A stretch of 64,000 bases of DNA, taken from positions 288,858,001 through 288,922,000 of the forward strand of contig OZ024743.1 of NCBI GenBank assembly GCA_964016885.1, given 5' to 3'. The stretch comes from Eledone cirrhosa (taxonomy: Eukaryota). Below the pieces are notes generated by a model. The model was not told the origin of the DNA, did not search any database, and saw nothing but the letters and a program-made list of their open reading frames with translations. The position numbers and the translations under genes are program-made. This document shows, in pieces, positions 56,145-64,000 of this stretch. Within the stretch, counting starts at the first letter, position 1; each line of letters opens with the position of its first letter.

Positions 56145-57743
56145 TAAATATTTAAGGTAGATATATCTATCGATTTTTAATTAGAAGTGTTAGCTGTGAA
56201 AATGAACAAGCGTGAAATGTAAACACTTTCAAATATTCACTTAGGTTTGCATTTCAGTGTACTGAGATTGACTCTTTTATCTCTCTCTTTCTCATTTCCA
56301 GTTTCTCTCTCTCTTTATCTTCCTCTGTCTCTTTCTCTCCTACTATCTCTAGCCCCCCCCCCCTCTCTAAGCTTGGAAACGGATGTTCTTCAATAGATTT
56401 AAATGCACTGTCATGATGGTGCCCCTACGTCTCAAATAGACGTTAAGGGCCCATAGAATGCAATATTGATTTGTTGATAATATATTCCGACTTTCAGATT
56501 CAATGGTAGACAGTTTTAAGCGAAGATATGAGTGTAAAATACCTAATATTGTTGTAAATTTGGTCATGATTTTGAAATTTTGCAAGTGTATTTTTATCAG
56601 CTATCACGTCAGTACATATACATTTTGTTCGGTAATCACTGCAAGTTTTGAAATTCAGCTCGGAACCTCCCACTTATATACACAGGTGAACAGTGGTGAA
56701 TTTCATGGGAATTATCAGATTGTTCGTACGAAAAATAGATCTCTAATGTGTAGATAACTCAAGCTAATTCAGTTATGTTTTCAATAAAATAAAGACAGCT
56801 ATATATGTTACGTATTATAATATTTAGTATATCATGTGATGCACTTGGACATTTCATTATTGATGCTAACTGGGTTCACTGTGTATTTCGGACTTTTAAA
56901 AACCAGGCAACCTGATCCACAACAAGAGTTGATCAACTTCAATTTTATGTTCAGGTAGCACTCGAGTATATAGCAGTGACCCGTGCATGGTTCATCTCTC
57001 CTTCAAACATTTTCTGCTTTGGTAGATATGTTGAGAGTCCTTTTTCTACAGCTTCCTGTGATGCCATACAATTGGTGGTGTCAATGCTGGGATAGTGGTT
57101 TGCGAACTATCTGCATCATACCTGAAAAAGCTCATACTTCACTTTCCATTCATTCTATTAGAATATAAAGCAATCACAGATTAGATATCTTTCACCAGAA
57201 TCCATTAGATATTGAGAGTAATACCCTAAGTCTAAATGAAGGCAATACTACAGAATTAAACATGAAAATAAAAAAAAAACGTGACGAAATAGAAAATACT
57301 TTATTCACAGGCAAGCTAAATTTCTATTTCCACGTGTTGTATTTTTTGCACAGAAATAACAATAATACTACTACGACTATTATTAAAGATATAATACATT
57401 TATTTAACGCAAAATATCATGATAATTGCCGATAATTGCGAAAATGGGTAAAGTATCCCTTCAGTCGGAAGAAAGTGGGTAGATATTGTAAACAACGATG
57501 TGTCTTAAGAAATATTGGGAAAACTGAAATTTGAAATGTGTGCGACCGAGGCAAATTTCCATAATAATAGTCGATCAGTAAAAAGTATACTTAAATAAAT
57601 CAGTTAAAGTACACAGGGAGATGAAAACTTGTTGACAGAGGTTCCTGCAAGTAATCGAACTTTGCATCTCTCGGATACTGGGCGAGTCACTTTCATAAAT
57701 ACACACACACGCATATATATATATATTTATATATATACATATA

Positions 57744-57780
<37 letters not shown>

Positions 57781-57786
57781 ATATAC

Positions 57787-57818
<32 letters not shown>

Positions 57819-57850
57819 TACATAAATATATATATATATATATATATACA

Positions 57851-57928
<78 letters not shown>

Positions 57929-57959
57929 CATACATACATACATACATACATACATACAT

Positions 57960-58458
57960 TGAGACAGATGGCACTAAGGAATACTGGTGGAACCTGAAAA
58001 TAAAAACTTGCCACCAAATTAAAGCACAACCGGCCTGATATTGTAGTTTGGGACCACACATTGAAAACGTGATTCTGTTTGTGGAGATCCAGCTGCCCAC
58101 TTGATGTAAACGTTGTCAGAAAAATACAGGAGAAGGAGGACATCTACGGACCCATTGATGAGGAGCTTACAAATCCAGTATCCAAGATACACCTTTAGCT
58201 TCATACCCATCATTATTAGTGCTACGGGTTATATACCAACCCGCTTGGACCAAAGTATGACCGAACTTGGATTTGCGGACAAAAAGCGCAGCTCCCCTAA
58301 TTCATAGTCTACAAATGGCTGCGATAGCTGGCACCTTCAGGATATGCAAAACATTCTTGCGATTCAAGGGATGACAATTTCTTTTCTTTTACAACCTTGC
58401 CACCGAGGAAGGGTGGCCGGTCAATAAAAAATATACTCGAAATTAAGAGAAAGAGAAA
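57960..58458 (+). mobile_element. R4/Dong-type non-LTR retrotransposon 3' fragment (restriction-like endonuclease)
   Basis: Frameshifted [21 protein letters not shown]...[14 protein letters not shown]...FIPIIISATG. (ACAT)n flanks both sides. Confidence 0.82.
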
Positions 58459-58485
58459 ACATACATACATACATACATACATACA

Positions 58486-58521
<36 letters not shown>

Positions 58522-58563
58522 TATATGTGTGGTATATATATATATATATATATATATCATATA

Positions 58564-58594
<31 letters not shown>

Positions 58595-59259
58595 GTTTTG
58601 CGAGGTTTTTTATATGAAATCGTGTGTCGAAACAAATACTGTTATACTTGGGGAGGGTCATATTTGTGTAATAATATTGCCAGAATCAATAACAGAACAC
58701 ATTCACTGTTTGGTTGGTTTTTCGCTTCTGTGTCTTTTATATCAGTTAATTTAATTTATTCGGTCCTCAATATTTACCATTGACTGACCAACGGTCAAAA
58801 ATACAGATATAATATAGACACAAAACAGATATATATCATCTAACAAAGTACTTTCGTTGCACATGTGCAACATCGTCAGTGGTGCTATTATATTTCCCCC
58901 CTGTTGTATCGTATGCCTACGCCATCTTTATTTAGTCTGTTTATTTATTTATTTATTTTTGCCTTCTCTGTGCATGCGCTTGCGTGTGTGTATTGTGTTT
59001 GGGTGACTGTGTATTGTTTATTGTATTTTATCTTAGTTTACTAGATGTGCAACGAAAGAAGTTTGTTAGACTATATATATCTGTTTTGTGTCTATATTAT
59101 ATCTTTAATTTTGACCATTGGTCAGTCAATGGTAAATATTGAGGACCGAATAAATTAAATTAACTGATATAAAAGACACAGAAGCGAAAACCAACCAAAC
59201 AGTGAATGTGTTCTGTTATTAATTCTGGCAATATTATTACACAAATATGACCCTCCCCC
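58595..59259. mobile_element. Fold-back element with ~215-bp inverted arms in (TA)n
   Basis: 58649-58864 is inverted relative to 59045-59259. An HHR-like CTGACGA..GAAA gtac ttt lies at 58840-58885 (-) with a poor stem I. It is related to 9195-9270 and 59797-59963. Confidence 0.75.
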
Positions 59260-59290
59260 ATATATATATATATATATATGTGTATATATA

Positions 59291-59342
<52 letters not shown>

Positions 59343-59477
59343 CGTGTGTGTGTGTATGTGTATGTGTGTGCGTGGTGTATATATGGGTGAGTGATGTGTG
59401 TATGTTTCCCTAATATTTATTTTTATACATAAAATGGACCCTAAATACTTCAATCATTTTCTCAAATTGTATGTATG

Positions 59478-59526
<49 letters not shown>

Positions 59527-59549
59527 CGAGATATGCATATAGATACACG

Positions 59550-59618
<69 letters not shown>

Positions 59619-59701
59619 CGAAGTAGGTATGGTAAGGTACCAGATGGACCATAACGTAGTCCAGAAATAGCCTGAGCTCTGCCGTCGGGGTTAAACTTTT
59701 T

Positions 59702-59736
<35 letters not shown>

Positions 59737-59738
<2 letters not shown>

Positions 59739-59963
59739 CGTTTCTGAATTTGTTTAGCAAGATTCTTTATCTGAAAAACGTGTGTTGAAACCGATTTTGT
59801 TATACTTTGGGAGGGTCATGTTGCCAATAAGAAACACACACACTATTGCTTTCACCCCAATTTATTTTAAATTAAAAAATTTTTAATTTATAATAAATTG
59901 GAGTGAAAGCAACTGGTGTGTGTGTTTCTTATTGGCAACATGAACCCTCCCAAAGTATAACAA
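59737..59963. mobile_element. Short fold-back element in (TA)n
   Basis: 59797-59963 is an imperfect palindrome of the gggagggtcat family. Confidence 0.7.
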
Positions 59964-59975
59964 TATATATATATA

Positions 59976-60010
<35 letters not shown>

Positions 60011-61031
60011 TTGTGTGTGTGTGTGTGTTAGGTGTTTAAGTATATTTGTAAGTACAAATAAACGTACCAAAATACGTACATAGATATATATTCATAGATG
60101 TATATATATAGCAATTAATACGTAGGAAACTCATTTTTCTAGTCTGTCTCACGAAGTGTTAATAAAACAATTTTTGTGAAAAAGATTCACACCTAGTAAA
60201 TATATGTAATTGCTACGTATAGATTTTATAGGCTATTGGGTCCCCTGCGCTGCACACATACCCTTGTGCCGTCCCTACTACTAATACTGCTGCTGTTGTA
60301 GCTGCTGCTGCTGCTACTACTACTACTACTACTACTACTGCTGCTGCTGCCATTTAATGTCGTTAATAATATATTTTTTTATGATAAAGAAAATAATTAC
60401 TTATGCTGGAGCGGGTTATATTACGGGATCGGTAGATCGTAGAATAAAAAGTAGTTTAATATCTATTTGCCGCTCTTTGAGTTTTGCGTTCAATTACCAC
60501 CAAAATGATCTCTGTTTTTTTCATGCATCTGGTGTTGTAAAAAAAAGTACCAGATTCCCTGTAAACAGGACGCTAGGCTAATGCAAGGTTAAACCGCCAG
60601 GTTTTTCTGGTATACATTTTCAGTTGCGTATACTGGAGCAACGTGAATGATGTGTTTTCCTCAAGAATACAACACACAACCCAGTCTAGGAATTGAACCC
60701 ACGGAATTACGATCAATACACTTAGCAGTAGGTCATTTGCCTCCAATGCTTGTCCTCTAGATAAATTTAAATAACCATTTTAAAATTCCAATGTATCGAT
60801 GGTTTATTAGCGTCCAATATCATTTTAATTATTTCTTTAACTTGTGGCCCCACCAATATTCCTTCCTTTAAATTTAAAGATATTTGTTTCTGCATTTTCT
60901 GAAGTGTTACAGAGATGGTTCGATAGTTTCCCCTCAGCTTTATATTTACTTTGCCAAAACAATTCGAGTTGTTTGTAAATGTATGGTTTCTATCTGTCTT
61001 TTTTTCATATTTTAATTATTATAATTATAAA

Positions 61032-61212
61032 TTGGCAGTATCGGTAGAGGGTTGGACGTTATGCTTTCCAGCATAGTTACCTCCCTTTACGGTTTGAGTT
61101 CAAATCCCGCCAAGGTTAACTTTGCTTTTCATCCTCACGGGGTTGATATAATAAAGTACCAGTAATGTACTGGGTAATTGCTAGCCTTGTGCCAAATGTA
61201 GAAATAATTATA
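61032..61212 (+). mobile_element. tRNA-derived SINE
   Basis: Matches the SINE consensus. Confidence 0.85.
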
Positions 61213-62203
61213 ATATATATTATGTTGGTGAATTAGAGGATGTTCTAGAGCCACATATGATTTACAGTATTTGTTCCGACTTGTAAAGTTCTGCCTTCAA
61301 GTCTGGCCAAAATAAACTTTGTCCTTCGTCATTCAGAAGTCGATAAAACAAAATACCAGTGAAGTACTTGATTCAATATAAGATACTTTTCTCTTCCGCT
61401 AATTGCTAAATATTGTGACCTAAACCTTAGGAACCGCTACTATGGTATCTGTTCTTCTTGTTGATATTACTTGATCTAATTCCACATATTTTTTGAATTT
61501 ATTCATTTTACTGTTGCTACTATATTGGGCGCTTTCAGATAATAAAATATATCCTTATAAACATTATTATCATTTTAATTCGGTTACTTTTCTTTGTTTC
61601 TTTCTGTGATATTGGATGTACAGCACCCCTAGAAGGAGCTTCAAAACTTACCAGGGAAATCGAATATGTATTTACTTCACAATAGAGGGAAGCAGGCTAT
61701 GATTGAAAACCAAAACTGGTGGCGACGGTTCGATTAATATCCTTGAGTATAGGGGTACTGTAACATGGTTGACATACAGTTAAATAATGATGGCAACAAC
61801 AAGATCTTTTTATTTTTACAGTTTAGTATGGTGGCGAGAATAGCATCGCCTTTGATCATTTCTAAGGAGTAACGAGACTGGGGAGACGGGCGGAATAATG
61901 TATCCTTAGACAGAACACTTAATTGGATGATTGCAACAGAGTGAACTCGGCTATAAGCACACAGATATCAGTTGGTGGTATAAAGGAGGGTAACAGATAA
62001 ATCCTACTAAACAAGTAAGGAGCAGAGAGATTTGAACTCAGAAGGAAAAAATGACAGCAAATATAGCCAGAAATGAAGCAATAAAAGACACCAACCTCTC
62101 CACCACACCCTCACCACAAAAACACAACCACTACTAAAAATATTTATATATGTATATATATACATATATACACACACACACGCATATTTATATATACATA
62201 CAA

Positions 62204-62312
<109 letters not shown>

Positions 62313-62351
62313 TATATATATATATACATACACACAAACAGATATATATAG

Positions 62352-62382
<31 letters not shown>

Positions 62383-62883
62383 CACATATATACAAAGACA
62401 CACGCACACACACACATTCACACACATATATATATATTACTGTTTGATATTTATGCAGTTATTACTAATGAACTTTGTGTGGCTAAAAGGAAGTGTGATA
62501 CAGTTTTTTTCTTTAAGATCATGTAAAACATTTACACCGATCTAAAATTGTCTTTTAATTATCATTTAATAGTTTGGTAATAATTTTCCACCGAAACTGA
62601 ACAGAAGGAGAATAAAAATGTTGCAAATTTGTGGCGGTAGACAGATAAATTAACAAGAAATGATGACATTCATCCCTCCCGGCCCACTTAATTTCATCTG
62701 CAACCCTCTTCCCACGTACACCCCAGAATATCTGAGGGAGAGATAGAATTAGAAAAGTGTGCAATGTATGTGTATAAATAAGTATATATATGAATGTATA
62801 TATACGTATATATATATATACACATAGTTATATGTCATATATATATATATATGTAAATATATACACATAAATGTATATCACAT

Positions 62884-62924
<41 letters not shown>

Positions 62925-62927
<3 letters not shown>

Positions 62928-63062
62928 CGAAGGAAATCTGGTAAGGAACCAGATGGACCATAACGCACCAAAGTACTCAATACTTAGGGTAGTAGTGTGG
63001 GCAATAGGAACGAGTAGGACCCCGACTACTGAGCTGAAGCCGTTTCGACGGCTAATTCTGAA
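62925..63062 (-). mobile_element. Family B pLTR/tail remnant
   Basis: Reverse complement of about 42210-42347, abutting (TA)n. Confidence 0.8.
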
Positions 63063-63256
63063 CTCGTATCCACTCAAGTACATCTATTTTCATACTTGTA
63101 ATTTATTCAATTCTTGAAAATAGATGTACTTGAGTGGCTACGATCGTCTAGATTCTGCTGCATGGCCGCAGTCTAATGACTAAAACCAGTAAAAATATAA
63201 AAGAATATAGAATTCTAATTACATTATTTTCAACACAGAGTCGCGATCAAGACACG

Positions 63257-64000
63257 AATTTTGTAAATTATGTAATGTAGAATTATTTTGTATTATGAAA
63301 TCCAAAAACATTTTATTAAATAACAGAATAGAGCGATCGTTATACTGTAACCATCGCTTAAAATCTACATTTTCATATTATAAATACCACCAGCATTGAA
63401 CGCCCGTCTCTATCTCCGTTTGGTTGTCAAAATAGATATTAACATTCTCTATTAGTCTTAATTCTATCAACTCTTCTATTATTTACCATTTAATATAAAC
63501 TGCTATAGATAAAATGAGATTTCTGATTTCAATTCCCTAATACACATACCAGCTGGCTACTAGCATTGATGTTATTCAGTAGCAATCGAAATATCCCCCT
63601 TCCCCAATTGACACTTTATAATTAATACTACTACACCAAATGACCAGCCCTGTCCACTGTCCAATTGGTCAAGTAGAGATTAAAATTAGCACTCCCAAAA
63701 ATTCTTATTTAGATAAAATGAACCATTTACTCATGGTATTCTCATTAGAAACCCTTTATATACTTGTTTAGCAGTAAATTGAATTACCATCTGTCATATG
63801 CTATCCCCTCTCTTCTTCCTCTATTACTAATGTAAATACTTCAATTTTTCTGATTTTTTCCAATTTATCCAAAGTCTCTGAAGAAGTGACAACTGATTAT
63901 ATATTTGCTATCGAATACTTGCTAATATTTTATTATTACGCAAGCAGCGATACATAGGTATTCCGTCTGTTACAGAAACATATGTCAATACCTAATAAAT
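63257..64000 (+). mobile_element. Second, 5'-truncated copy of the 45332-47490 PLE family (runs off the window)
   Basis: Co-linear with 46548-47335 and lacking the ~40-bp SINE-end insert at 46679-46718. Confidence 0.9.

Noticed and set aside
56368-57230. Higher-complexity stretch that could be a decayed transposon or exon (also 61620-62060)
   Set aside because: No recognisable motif by eye; BLASTX would be needed.

Overview
This is AT-rich, microsatellite-dense animal genomic DNA. The dominant tRNA/Meta-type SINE suggests an octopod cephalopod (inference). I see no credible host protein-coding exon. Most listed ORFs are translations of (TA)n, (CA)n, (GA)n or trinucleotide tracts or of a 48-bp minisatellite. 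Real coding remnants are three Penelope-like element (PLE) GIY-YIG endonuclease fragments, several RTE-type LINE fragments and one R4/Dong-type restriction-like-endonuclease fragment. The main signal is non-coding. At least 8-10 unrelated sequence families carry type-I hammerhead ribozyme (HHR) motifs of the minimal, palindromic-stem-III kind known from PLEs and retrozymes. Most sit in or next to (TA)n and are built as 'tandem or partial tandem plus inverted copy'. The clearest case is a 4.1-kb array of apparently identical 310-bp units (4841-8931). It flips orientation at about 6574 and holds 13 complete HHRs (6 on -, 7 on +). All ribozyme calls come from manual motif and base-pair inspection; none has been tested for activity.
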